Position numbers and translations under genes: made by a program
Shown: piece by piece, positions 19,018 through 29,400 of the stretch
Numbering within the stretch: position 1 is the first letter of the stretch
Layout of the letters: each line of letters begins with the position of its first letter
DNA from: Bacteroidetes bacterium CG2_30_33_31
GTDB lineage: Bacteria; Bacteroidota; Bacteroidia; Bacteroidales; UBA1556
Reading direction: 5' to 3'
NCBI GenBank assembly: GCA_001872625.1
Contig: MNXP01000008.1
Coordinates: 38,269-102,268, forward strand
DNA: 64,000 nt
Notes under the pieces: generated by a model
The model's database searches: none
Told to the model about the DNA's origin: nothing
The model's input: only the letters and a program-made list of their open reading frames with translations

Positions 19018-20628
19018 ATGAAAAATTCATTACTCTTATTTATGCTTTTCATTGGATTGGGAAACTTTCCAGCAATTGGTCAAATCTCAGATCCATTTTT
19101 TGAACATGTAACCTATAGAGGCGCTTTTGGCAATGTAGATTGGACATCGGGCTGGGCAAATTGGAATCCACAAAACTCTAATTATCCTGTCACCACTGCA
19201 ACAATTTCTGGTGATATCGCAACCAACACAACTTGGACGTCAACAAACGTTTACTTACTTAGCGGTTTCGTTTATGTGAAATCAGGAGTAACTCTAACAA
19301 TTATGCCTGGTACAATTATTCGTGGCGACAAAACAACTAAAGGGACTTTGATAGTTCAAAAAGGAGGCAAATTAATAGCCGAAGGAACTCAAAATAATCC
19401 AATTATTTTTACATCTAATTTTGCCCCTGCTTCAAGAGATTATGGTGATTGGGGAGGCATAATTCTTTGCGGAAAAGCACAGATAAATATTCCAGGCGAC
19501 ACTTCATTAATTGAAGGAGGTCCTTTGGCATATTATGGCGGAGGCGCAAATCCTGATAATAGCGATAACTCGGGAAGTTTAAAATATTTGAGAATAGAAT
19601 TTGCTGGAATACCACTTCAGCCAAATCAGGAAATCAATGGATTGACTTTTGGCGGTGTTGGCAACGGAACTCAGATTGATTATATTCAAGTTTCATACTG
19701 TGGCGACGATTCTTACGAATGGTTTGGAGGTTCTGTTAACGCAAAACATCTTATCTCCTTTCGTGGTTTTGATGATGAATTTGATACCGACAATGGATTC
19801 TCTGGTAAGATTCAATTTTTCGTTGGATTGCGCGACCCAAATATTGCCGACATTTCCGGCTCAAATGGTTTTGAATCGGATAATGACGCCTCTGGCAGCA
19901 CAAATAATCCCCAAACAAAAGCTACATTTTGCAATGCAAGTTTATTTGGACCATTAGCCACTCCTAACACAACTATAAATTCAAATTTTAAACGCGCAAT
20001 GCATATTCGCCGAAATAGCGCTTTAAATATTTATAATTCTGTATTTGCTGGCTGGCCAACTGGTCTTTACTTGGACGGCACTTTGACTCAAAATAATGCA
20101 ATCTCGGGAAGTCTTAACATAAATAATAGCGTATTGGCTGGCATGATTACGTTTTTTAAATTACCTTCTTCTGGCACATGGACATCAGCAAATGAAGAAA
20201 GAACTTGGTATTTAAACCCAATTCGTTCAAATGATACATTGCCAAATAATTCTGACATGATGCTCAATGATCCTTTCAATCTTACTAATCCTAATTTTAT
20301 GCCTTTGGTAAATTCCCCTTTGCTAAAAGGTTCAATTTGGTGGGTTGATGGAATAAATACAACTAAAAGTAATATTGAAAATTTTAATATCTACCCAAAT
20401 CCTGCATCAGCTAAGGTAAATATCGAAATTAAAAATACGTCATCATCACATCTTAGCATCAAATTATACGATATCGTGGGTAATTTGATAGCTGTTATCG
20501 CTGAAGAAAACTCCGCAAAAGGAAATTATAAAAGCCAATTTGATATTAGCAATTTGAAATCAGGAATCTATTTGATAAATGTAATTGTTGGTAACGAATC
20601 AAAAATAAATAGGTTAGTTGTTAAGTAG
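19018..20628 (+). CDS. Secreted beta-helix-like protein with T9SS C-terminal sorting domain, function unknown
   Basis: Signal peptide. Conserved core YGDWGGIILCG, LKYLRIEFAG, EINGLTFGGVGNGTQIDYIQVSYCGDDSYEWFGGSVNAKH, DDEFDTDNGFSG, GSNGFESDND. CTD NIYPNPASAKVNIEI...GIYLINVIVGNESKINRLVVK. Confidence 0.8.
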   Translation: MKNSLLLFMLFIGLGNFPAIGQISDPFFEHVTYRGAFGNVDWTSGWANWNPQNSNYPVTTATISGDIATNTTWTSTNVYLLSGFVYVKSGVTLTIMPGTIIRGDKTTKGTLIVQKGGKLIAEGTQNNPIIFTSNFAPASRDYGDWGGIILCGKAQINIPGDTSLIEGGPLAYYGGGANPDNSDNSGSLKYLRIEFAGIPLQPNQEINGLTFGGVGNGTQIDYIQVSYCGDDSYEWFGGSVNAKHLISFRGFDDEFDTDNGFSGKIQFFVGLRDPNIADISGSNGFESDNDASGSTNNPQTKATFCNASLFGPLATPNTTINSNFKRAMHIRRNSALNIYNSVFAGWPTGLYLDGTLTQNNAISGSLNINNSVLAGMITFFKLPSSGTWTSANEERTWYLNPIRSNDTLPNNSDMMLNDPFNLTNPNFMPLVNSPLLKGSIWWVDGINTTKSNIENFNIYPNPASAKVNIEIKNTSSSHLSIKLYDIVGNLIAVIAEENSAKGNYKSQFDISNLKSGIYLINVIVGNESKINRLVVK

Positions 20629-20650
20629 TGTATTTCTCATTCTCACTAAG

Positions 20651-20679
20651 AGCGGCTTCAAAAGAGTCGCTTTTTTTTT
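20651..20679 (+). terminator. Probable Rho-independent terminator
   Basis: 6-bp stem AGCGGC/GTCGCT (one G-U pair) with a 9-nt loop, followed by T9, 23 nt after the stop at 20628. Confidence 0.5.
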
Positions 20680-20784
20680 GAAGAATTTATTGATTCGATT
20701 TTTAGCGTTTTTTGAAAGATTAAAATGCATACAGATTTTATCTTGAATTAATATACAGCTAACATTAAATTAATTACCCCTGCA

Positions 20785-20792
20785 TACTTTTG
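20785..20792 (+). promoter_or_regulatory. -7 box TAnnTTTG
   Basis: TACTTTTG lies 17 nt upstream of the ATG at 20809. Confidence 0.45.
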
Positions 20793-20808
20793 CCGCAAAT
20801 TAAATTAT

Positions 20809-23688
20809 ATGGAAGTCTTTTATAAATTGGTATTTCTGATATTAATATTATCTTCGAGTATATTTGCTAAATCGCAATATGGTGCAATAAGCGGCCTTGT
20901 TTTAGATGCAAAAACTGCTGAATCAATTATTGGGGCAAATGTTTTAATTACTGGAACTCACACTGGCGCTTCAACCGATCTGGACGGAAAATTCCTGATA
21001 GAAAAGATAGATTCTGGTACTTATTCCTTGACAATCTCATATATTTCGTATAAAACTATCATAATACCAAATGTACATGTTGAAAAAAATAAAATCACTA
21101 ATATTAATTTGAAATTAGAAGATATTACCACCGTTTTAAAGGAAGTTTCAATCACCGCTAAAAGGCGTGTTGATTCAGAAATTTCTGTGATGTCGATGAT
21201 AAAATCCAGCCAACTTGTTGTAAGTGGTATATCGAGCCAACAAATTAACAGAACTCAGGATAGAGATGCTTCGGAAGTTATTAAAAGAGTACCTGGTGTA
21301 AATATTATCGATAATAGATTTATTGTTGTAAGAGGTCTTTCGGAACGTTACAATGTTGTATGGCTCAATAATGTTGCCACTCCCAGTTCTGAATCTGATG
21401 TAAAAGCATTCTCTTTCGATAATATTCCAAGCTCAATGCTTGAAAGAATAATGATTTATAAAACTCCAGCTCCAGAATTACCAAGTGATTTTGCTGGTGG
21501 AGCTGTGCAGATTTTCACAAAAAATAATCCATTGAAAAACGCCTTAGAAATTTCATTCTCAAGCTCCTACCGCCGGGGAAGCACTTTTAAAGATTTTTAT
21601 ATGTACAAGGGTAGCAAAACTGATTGGCTCGGATTTGATGATGGAGCAAGAGCTTTGCCAAAAAATTTCCCCAATTACTCAGAAATGATTCAGAAAGAAA
21701 ACTCAGCTAATGAGGCAGATAAACAACTAATAACACAATGGGGGCATGAAATGAATAAAAATTGGATAGCATCTGCATCAAAAGCATCTCCCGATTTAAG
21801 GTTTTCAGCTGCATTCACTCACAGCAAACAACTAAAAAAACTTTCTTTTACCAACGTAACTTCATTAAATTATTCGTTTACAAAACAAACAAACAACATT
21901 TTTAGAGCTGATTACTTGACTTTTGACACAGTCCATGACGTGAGCGACACTTCTTATTATTTTTTCGATAAACAATTTACTTCCACTGCAAAAATTGGTG
22001 CCATAAACAACTGGTCTTTTAATGTCAACAAACATTTCAAATTGGAATTCCGAAATTTATTCAATCAGATTGGATTTACCAGAACTACTCTGCGCGATGG
22101 CCGCGACAATTATGGGGGTATAACGATAAAAGCTTATGAATACAGATTTATGAGCCGCTCGATTTATTCTGGCCAACTTGAAGGTGAACATAAATATTCG
22201 GGAGATAAAACCTTAATTAATTGGACTTTAGGATATTCTTATGCTAACAAAAAAGAACCAGACCAAAAAAGATTGACTTCAGTATTAAGTGAAGCAGACC
22301 CCAGCGACTCACATTATGGTCAATATGCTATGCAATTTTCTACAGCTGCAAACCCCGAACTTACCGGCAGAATATACACTGATATGTTTGAAAATATCTT
22401 CAATTTTGCAACAAATTATTCGCAGAAACTTAATTTTAAAAACTTTAAATACGAAATCAAGGCTGGAGTTTATATTGAGAAAAAAAATCGTCAATTCAAT
22501 ACTCGACTATTGGGCTACAGAATCGCTAAGACTTCACAATTTGATTGGAATTTGCCCTATTTGCCTATCGAAAGTATTTTTGCAAATGATAATATTAACT
22601 CAACTACTGGAATTAAAATTGATGAAAAAACCAATGCCTCTGATAGTTATAATGCAAGCAACCAATTGAATTCCGCCTATTTGGCATTTAAAATTCCTAT
22701 TGGATCTTCATTAAACTTATATGCAGGATTAAGAATCGAAAAAAATCGTCAAGAGTTAAATAGCTTTCAAATCGACAAAACTGATGCTCCTGTTAATATA
22801 AATATCGACACAATAAATTTCTATCCTTCTTTTAACCTTTCCTATAATACCGGTGAGCGAAGTTTATTCAGACTTGCCTATGGCAAAACTATAAACAGAC
22901 CAGAATTTAGAGAAATTGCACCTCTATTATTTTATGATTTTGAGAAAAAAGCTGGTATACGCGGAAATCCAGATTTAAAAAATTGCTATATCCACAATTA
23001 CGATTTACGATATGAATTTTATCCAACATTGTTTGAAATATTTTCGGTAGGTGTGTTTTACAAAAAATTTATAAATCCTATCGAAAATAAGGTGATACCA
23101 GCAGGTTCGGGATTAGATTATTCTTTCGCCAATGCCAATAATGCTTACGATTATGGCGCTGAAATCGAATTGAAAAAATCTTTAGACTTTCTAAAAAATT
23201 TCAACACTTTGCTCGCAACTTTGCGCAATTTCAACTTCATTTTTAATGCAACTTATATCAAAAGTATGGTGAAATTTCAATACGGAGATTTGCAGACAAA
23301 CAGACCTCTTCAAGGTCAATCACCATATATTGTTAACGCTGGAATTTATTATAATAATGATAGCTTGGGACTTATGATAAGCTTAAATTATAATGTTATT
23401 GGTGAACGTATTATCTATGTCGGCGATCCGTATTCAGGAAATCCTGATACTTATGAAACCTCGCGAAATGTTATTGACTTGACTATAAAAAAATCTTTCG
23501 GCAAAAAAATTGAAATTAAAGGCGGCATTCAGGATTTATTGGCTGAAACTGTGGTTTTTAGACAAAAAATCTCATATCATCAGATATTGGCTGATGGCAC
23601 TGATAACGGAATGGTCTCCAGAAATCAAACATTATTCTCATATAAACCAAGCACTTACTGGACTTTAGGATTTACTTATAAATTTTAA
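20809..23688 (+). CDS. TonB-dependent receptor with N-terminal CarboxypepD_reg domain
   Basis: ISGLVLDAKTAESIIGANVLITG...DLDGKFLIEKIDSGTYSLTISYISYK, then the plug (VIKRVPGVNIIDNRFIVVRGLSERYN), a long beta-barrel, and a terminal aromatic (...GFTYKF). Confidence 0.9.
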   Translation: MEVFYKLVFLILILSSSIFAKSQYGAISGLVLDAKTAESIIGANVLITGTHTGASTDLDGKFLIEKIDSGTYSLTISYISYKTIIIPNVHVEKNKITNINLKLEDITTVLKEVSITAKRRVDSEISVMSMIKSSQLVVSGISSQQINRTQDRDASEVIKRVPGVNIIDNRFIVVRGLSERYNVVWLNNVATPSSESDVKAFSFDNIPSSMLERIMIYKTPAPELPSDFAGGAVQIFTKNNPLKNALEISFSSSYRRGSTFKDFYMYKGSKTDWLGFDDGARALPKNFPNYSEMIQKENSANEADKQLITQWGHEMNKNWIASASKASPDLRFSAAFTHSKQLKKLSFTNVTSLNYSFTKQTNNIFRADYLTFDTVHDVSDTSYYFFDKQFTSTAKIGAINNWSFNVNKHFKLEFRNLFNQIGFTRTTLRDGRDNYGGITIKAYEYRFMSRSIYSGQLEGEHKYSGDKTLINWTLGYSYANKKEPDQKRLTSVLSEADPSDSHYGQYAMQFSTAANPELTGRIYTDMFENIFNFATNYSQKLNFKNFKYEIKAGVYIEKKNRQFNTRLLGYRIAKTSQFDWNLPYLPIESIFANDNINSTTGIKIDEKTNASDSYNASNQLNSAYLAFKIPIGSSLNLYAGLRIEKNRQELNSFQIDKTDAPVNINIDTINFYPSFNLSYNTGERSLFRLAYGKTINRPEFREIAPLLFYDFEKKAGIRGNPDLKNCYIHNYDLRYEFYPTLFEIFSVGVFYKKFINPIENKVIPAGSGLDYSFANANNAYDYGAEIELKKSLDFLKNFNTLLATLRNFNFIFNATYIKSMVKFQYGDLQTNRPLQGQSPYIVNAGIYYNNDSLGLMISLNYNVIGERIIYVGDPYSGNPDTYETSRNVIDLTIKKSFGKKIEIKGGIQDLLAETVVFRQKISYHQILADGTDNGMVSRNQTLFSYKPSTYWTLGFTYKF

Positions 23689-24033
23689 TTCTCTTTTGCT
23701 CAAAAATATAAATAAAGCTTCGCAAAAAAATTCCATTTATTATTTTCTCTGTTTTTGTATGGCTCATAAAGATGAGTGCAGTCTGGGTAATTCTTTATTC
23801 CAAAGCCAAACTGGGCAAAGATTCATCTCGGATAAATCAATATATAAACATCAGTTAAATAATACTTTAAAAGGAAATTTTTAAAAACCTTTGGCTTCAA
23901 ATATTTTTATAAGTTTTGATTTCTTAAAATATCGATAAAGTACAATTCGATATCCTCAATCGATGAAAAAATCAGGAAAATATGTGGCAAAATTCCAGAA
24001 ACTAAATACTGAATTGCCTAATTGCAAATATTT

Positions 24034-26226
24034 TTAAAATATCCCATAAGATTTTAAAAAGCCAAAATGCCACAGATAATAAAAGCATATAGCAAGCAAT
24101 ATTATTAATATAATCATTATTTTCCAAAATGGATTTTTCTTTTTGGAAAACGGATCCACTAAATTCTGTTTTGAATTTTTTGGCAGATTAGCAATATGAG
24201 TCAGCGTATTGCCAAACTGTATGTTAATAGTGGCTTTAGCATTTATAGCCCAACCATTAGAATCTAAAACTGGTGCGAGATTTCTTTTTCTTAATTTGAG
24301 CCATGCCAAAATCATTGAAGGACCCGAAATTGATAATATTAGACCTATAATTGCCAAAGGCATTTTCCACCAAACTAAACCAAAAAATCCTCCAAGAAAA
24401 GCTGTAAGCACAGAACCAATAGCGCCAAAAGCCAAACCAATAGCAGCAAAGATTCCAGCAAATTTACCTATGTCGAAAGGTGGTAATGGTGTAGCTGGTG
24501 GTACTGGCGCTGCTGTTGATTGTAAAGAATTTGTTACTCCAGCATCTACTTTTGTAGTGGTTTTTTCGATTCCAGAAGTAGCAATTGTATTCACCTCCTT
24601 ATCTTTGGCGGAAGCAAACTTTTCTATCTGTGTAGAAATAAATTTGGCAACCCTTTTATATGGCATCCAAAATGCCTTTCTGATACTTATTGGATTTTCA
24701 ATAATTTTTATAATTGTTGCATCCCAGTCCAAACCTTTCCTATCATAAAAAATAGCATTTCGTCCTAAGGAAATATTATCAATATCACCATCGGTCAAAG
24801 CTACTGCAATAATCATTTTCTCTTTTTTCACCTTCGAAAAACAATCTAAATATATCAAACAAATTCCGCTGCTGCCTGCCATACTGCTATGCTTAGCCAT
24901 ATCACTTACTTTGATGCAAAGGTCGCAGCTTCGCTGGTCTATATAAAGTGTGCCAACTTGAAAAATAGCTTTCGATTGAGGCGAATAAAAATCTGAGAAC
25001 GTAACAAAATTGTTTAATAGAGTAAATAAATCGCGGTAATACCTTGCCAATTTATCTACCAAAAAAATGTTATTTGCTTCATTTTCAAGGGCTTTATCAC
25101 TTGATATTAATGCGAATAAATCTTCCTTTTTATTTTCTTGCAAGATTTTACTTACTTCTTCCAGACCCAGAATTTCTACTAACTCACCCCCCTTTTCGGC
25201 TTTCCAATTTGAATAATTTTCAAATTTCTCTTTAAGAACATTCCATTCTTCTTCCGTCAATGCTTCTTTTGAAGCTTCATCTGTAGCAATTGCCAATCGT
25301 TTGAATTTAGATATCCTTTTTTGCCATGCTGGATTTATTCCTTTTGCGAGCGACAAAGGTTTATTTGCCTCAATTTTCGAGAGTGGAAAACTTGCAATTT
25401 CCTCCATATTTGCCGTGAGATCTTTCTGGCTTATTGCTTCTACTTGAGCTGTTAGAAGATTTAAAATATCCGTCGATTTGGAATCAAATTCTGACAATTG
25501 GCATCTTACAAAATAGTCCTCAACTTTTGATTTTACCAAATTAAAAGCTTTAAATGCATCTTCCGTGGAATCACCAAAAGGTAAAATTTTCTTATGATTG
25601 GTTTCTGCAGTAGCCTGCCAAGCTGAATAATCTTCGCAATTTTTAAAAAAATCTTCAACTATCTCTGTCGAAATTCCTGCTTTACCGCTGCGATCCATCG
25701 CCGAGCCAATAGTAGAAATAATTTCGTTTATAAGTTGCTTCAAATCAGCATCATTGGTCGATTCTTCTGTAACTATGCCGTCACCATTGAACTGCGTATT
25801 ACGAAATATTTTTTCTGTATCGGAGGTTTCCTCTACAGATATTTCTATGGATTCGCTTTTCCCTAAATTAGTAAGGATTTGTTTTGCAGAAGCTATCAAC
25901 TTTTTGCCTTCTGTACTATCTTCGTTAATTGCTGATAATGGCAAACTTGCGTTTTGCTTCAATAGATCATCGGCATTATTTATTACTGAAGTAATCCAGC
26001 GTATTGCTTCAAGAATTTCTGGAGCTCTTATTCTGTCATCTTTGTCGCTGTCGATATATTCCAAGGTTTTTGAGTCAATTTCAAGTCCATGCACTGGGCA
26101 ACTCAATGCGGTCCACAATTTTTGATCTAAATCTCCCAGATAAATTAAATCATCTCCCGATTCCAAATTCACTCTGTTGACTCCTCCTACACGAGAAAAC
26201 TGCCAAATATGATCGCTTTTTTCCAT
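24034..26226 (-). CDS. Hypothetical 730-aa protein: large acidic N-terminal domain with an EF-hand-like loop and C-terminal glycine-zipper TM segments
   Basis: No signal peptide. DSDKDDRIRAPE (aa 59-70) fits the 12-residue EF-hand loop. Pro-rich linker AAPVPPATPLPP, then FAGIFAAIGLAFGAIGSVLTAFLGGFFGLVWW, MPLAIIGLILSISGPSMILAWL and a last TM FWKIMIILIILLAICFYYLW. I recognise no named family. Confidence 0.75.
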   Translation of the reverse strand: MEKSDHIWQFSRVGGVNRVNLESGDDLIYLGDLDQKLWTALSCPVHGLEIDSKTLEYIDSDKDDRIRAPEILEAIRWITSVINNADDLLKQNASLPLSAINEDSTEGKKLIASAKQILTNLGKSESIEISVEETSDTEKIFRNTQFNGDGIVTEESTNDADLKQLINEIISTIGSAMDRSGKAGISTEIVEDFFKNCEDYSAWQATAETNHKKILPFGDSTEDAFKAFNLVKSKVEDYFVRCQLSEFDSKSTDILNLLTAQVEAISQKDLTANMEEIASFPLSKIEANKPLSLAKGINPAWQKRISKFKRLAIATDEASKEALTEEEWNVLKEKFENYSNWKAEKGGELVEILGLEEVSKILQENKKEDLFALISSDKALENEANNIFLVDKLARYYRDLFTLLNNFVTFSDFYSPQSKAIFQVGTLYIDQRSCDLCIKVSDMAKHSSMAGSSGICLIYLDCFSKVKKEKMIIAVALTDGDIDNISLGRNAIFYDRKGLDWDATIIKIIENPISIRKAFWMPYKRVAKFISTQIEKFASAKDKEVNTIATSGIEKTTTKVDAGVTNSLQSTAAPVPPATPLPPFDIGKFAGIFAAIGLAFGAIGSVLTAFLGGFFGLVWWKMPLAIIGLILSISGPSMILAWLKLRKRNLAPVLDSNGWAINAKATINIQFGNTLTHIANLPKNSKQNLVDPFSKKKNPFWKIMIILIILLAICFYYLWHFGFLKSYGIF

Positions 26227-26385
26227 AAAAATATTATTATTTGTGCTTAAATTCTTCTGATTAAGATGCCAAATTTATAAAATAAAGTTTTCATGAATCT
26301 AAAAAGATGATTTTTTATTAATCCATTAATTCAATGCTCGGTATTCAAAATTATTTCAGCTTAAATTTTCTATACTAATTTTTCA

Positions 26386-26393
26386 TATTTTTG
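26386..26393 (+). promoter_or_regulatory. -7 box TAnnTTTG for ileS
   Basis: TATTTTTG ends 7 nt before the ATG of a 19-codon uORF (26401) and 63 nt before the ileS ATG. Confidence 0.45.
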
Positions 26394-26456
26394 CCGATTC
26401 ATGAAAAAAGCCATGGCTCATGTCTTTATGCACTTATATATTATTTTATCTTCTAA

Positions 26457-29400
26457 ATGAAACAGAAATATAATACTTACAATTCTCTTAATCTTCCAGA
26501 ACTTGCGGATGAGGTCCAAAAGGCGTGGGAGGACAATAATATTTTTGATAAATCCATTTCAAACAGAGATGGAAAACCATCATTTGTGTTTTATGAAGGG
26601 CCACCATCTGCCAACGGTGTACCTGGAATTCATCATGTTATGGCTCGTACCATAAAGGACATGTTCTGTAGATATAAAACTTTGAAAGGTTTTCAGGTTG
26701 ATAGAAAAGGTGGCTGGGATACTCATGGCCTTCCAGTGGAAATAAGTGTTGAAAAAACTTTGGGCATCACAAAAGAAGATATTGGAAAGAAAATTTCTGT
26801 GGAAGAATATAATCTTGCTTGCCGAACTGAAGTGATGAAATATAAGAACCTTTGGGACGACCTTACTCGGAAAATGGGCTACTGGGTTGACCTCGAAAAC
26901 CCTTATATAACCTTCGATAATAAATATATTGAATCCGTTTGGTATCTACTTAAACAACTGTACAATAAACAATTGCTCTATAAAGGATATACTATTCAAC
27001 CATATTCACCAGCAGCTGGAACTGGTCTTAGCACTCACGAACTTAATCAACCTGGTTGCTATCGCGATGTAAAAGACCAAACAGCTGTAGCTCAATTCAA
27101 AATTATCAAAAATTCAAAGTCGGCATTCCTTTTCGAAAATGTCGATACCGATATTTTCTTTTTGGCCTGGACAACCACTCCTTGGACTTTGCCTTCAAAT
27201 ACTGCCTTAGCTGTTGGCACTAAAATTCACTATCTAAAAGTGTCAACATTCAATGCATATACTGGAATTAAAGAAGTTGTTATTCTTGCTAAAGAGCTAT
27301 TATCAAATTATTTCCCCGAAAAAAATAAGGATTTATCTTTTGATGGATTCAAACCTGGAGATAAAAATATCCCTTTCTTTATAATGGATGAATTTATAGG
27401 AAATGAGTTTTTAGGAATTGATTATGAGCAGCTTATAGATTTTGTAAAACCAGATGGAAAAGCCTTTGAAGTAATTAAAGGTGATTTTGTTACTACAGAA
27501 GATGGCACTGGAATAGTGCATATTGCCCCAACTTTTGGTGCCGATGACGTCAGAGCAGCAAAAGCTTCTGGAATTTGCCCGTTAATTCTTATAGATAGAG
27601 ATGGTGAACGACGTCCAATGGTCGATCTTCAAGGCAGATTTTTTAGACTTGAAGATTTGTCGTCTGACTTCGTAAAAGAATTTGTAAATGTACATTCCTA
27701 CTCCGAATTTGCTGGAAGATATGTAAAGAATGCCTACGACGAAAGCCTTTCTGAGACAGATTCTTCATTGGATGTAGATTTATCGGTGATGCTTAAAAAA
27801 GAAAATAAGGCCTTTAAAATCGAAAAACATATTCACAATTATCCACATTGCTGGCGCACCGACAAACCAATTTTATATTATCCGCTCGACTCTTGGTTTA
27901 TAAAAACCACTGCTTACAAAGAGAGAATGATTGAATTAAATAAAACTATAAATTGGAAACCAAAAGCAACAGGTGAGGGAAGGTTTGGAAATTGGCTCGA
28001 AAACCTTGTAGATTGGAATCTTTCTCGCTCACGTTTCTGGGGAATTCCTTTGCCAATATGGGTTACAGAAGATCGTAGCGAACAAATTTGTGTTGGCTCT
28101 GCCGAAGAACTTCAGTCGGAAATACTTAAATCTATAGGAAAAGGTTTCATGACAAAAAATCCTTTGCAAAATTTCGATTCTAAGAATATGTCGAAGGAAA
28201 ATTATGAAAGCTTTGACCTTCACCGCCCTTATGTAGATGATATTTTCTTGGTTTCTGCTTCGGGGAAAAAGATGATTCGCGAAGCTGATTTAATTGATGT
28301 GTGGTTCGATTCAGGCTCAATGCCTTATGCTCAATTACATTACCCTTTTGAAAATAAAGAAAAATTAAATAATCTTTTCCCAGCAGATTTTATTGCTGAA
28401 GGTGTTGACCAAACTCGTGGTTGGTTCTTTACACTTCATGCTATTGCTACCATGGCTTTCGACAGCGTAGCCTACAAAGCCGTGATATCTAATGGATTGG
28501 TGCTCGATAAAAATGGCAATAAAATGTCGAAGCGACTTGGCAACGCTGTTGACCCTTTTATCACCCTCAAAAAATTTGGTTCAGATGCCACCCGCTGGTA
28601 TATGATTACCAATGCTCAACCTTGGGACAATCTGAAATTTGATGAAGATGGTATAGCCGAAGTTCAACGCAAATTCTTTGGAACTTTATATAACACCTAT
28701 TCCTTCTTTGCCCTCTACGCAAATATCGATGGCTTTCAATACAAAGAACCAGAAATTCCTTTTGAAGAAAGACCTGAATTAGATAGATGGATACTTTCCG
28801 AACTTAATTCTTTGATTCAAAATGTTGAGAATTCTCTGGATTATTTTGAGCCTACAAAAGCTGGTAGATTTATTCAATCTTTTGTAGATGAATACCTTAG
28901 CAACTGGTATGTTCGATTGTCGCGCCGAAGATTTTGGAAAGGTGATTATTCTTTGGATAAAATATCTGCTTATCAAACTCTTTATCAATGTCTCACTGTG
29001 GTAGCAAAACTCGCCTCTCCTATTGCACCATTTTTTACCGATAAGCTTTTCAACGATTTGAATTCTATCACCAAAAAAGAGCAAAGCGAATCTATTCATT
29101 TATGTGATTTCCCAGTGGCCAATCCAAATTATATTCAAAAAGATCTAGAAGAGAGAATGCAACTCTCTCAACAGTATTGTTCTATGGTTTTGTCGCTACG
29201 CAAAAAAGCCAAAATTAGAGTTCGTCAGCCTCTGAACAAGATAATGATTCCTGTTTCTGACAAGCATATTCAAAATCAAATTAATCTGGTGAAAGACTTG
29301 ATTTTGGCAGAAGTAAATGTGAAAGAGATAGAATATATACATGATGACAAGAACATTGTGGTGAAAATTGCTAAGCCAAATTTCAAAAATCTTGGTCCTC

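Noticed and set aside
23696-23884. 62-aa ORF downstream of the TonB-dependent receptor
   Set aside because: It has no promoter box, no recognisable motif and an odd composition, and it begins 8 nt after the receptor stop with a TTG. It is most likely a chance ORF in the intergenic spacer.
24209-24748. 179-aa plus-strand ORF inside the 730-aa gene
   Set aside because: It is antisense to the Gly/Ala-rich TM region of a much longer, coherent ORF. Its translation is a mirror-image low-complexity sequence.
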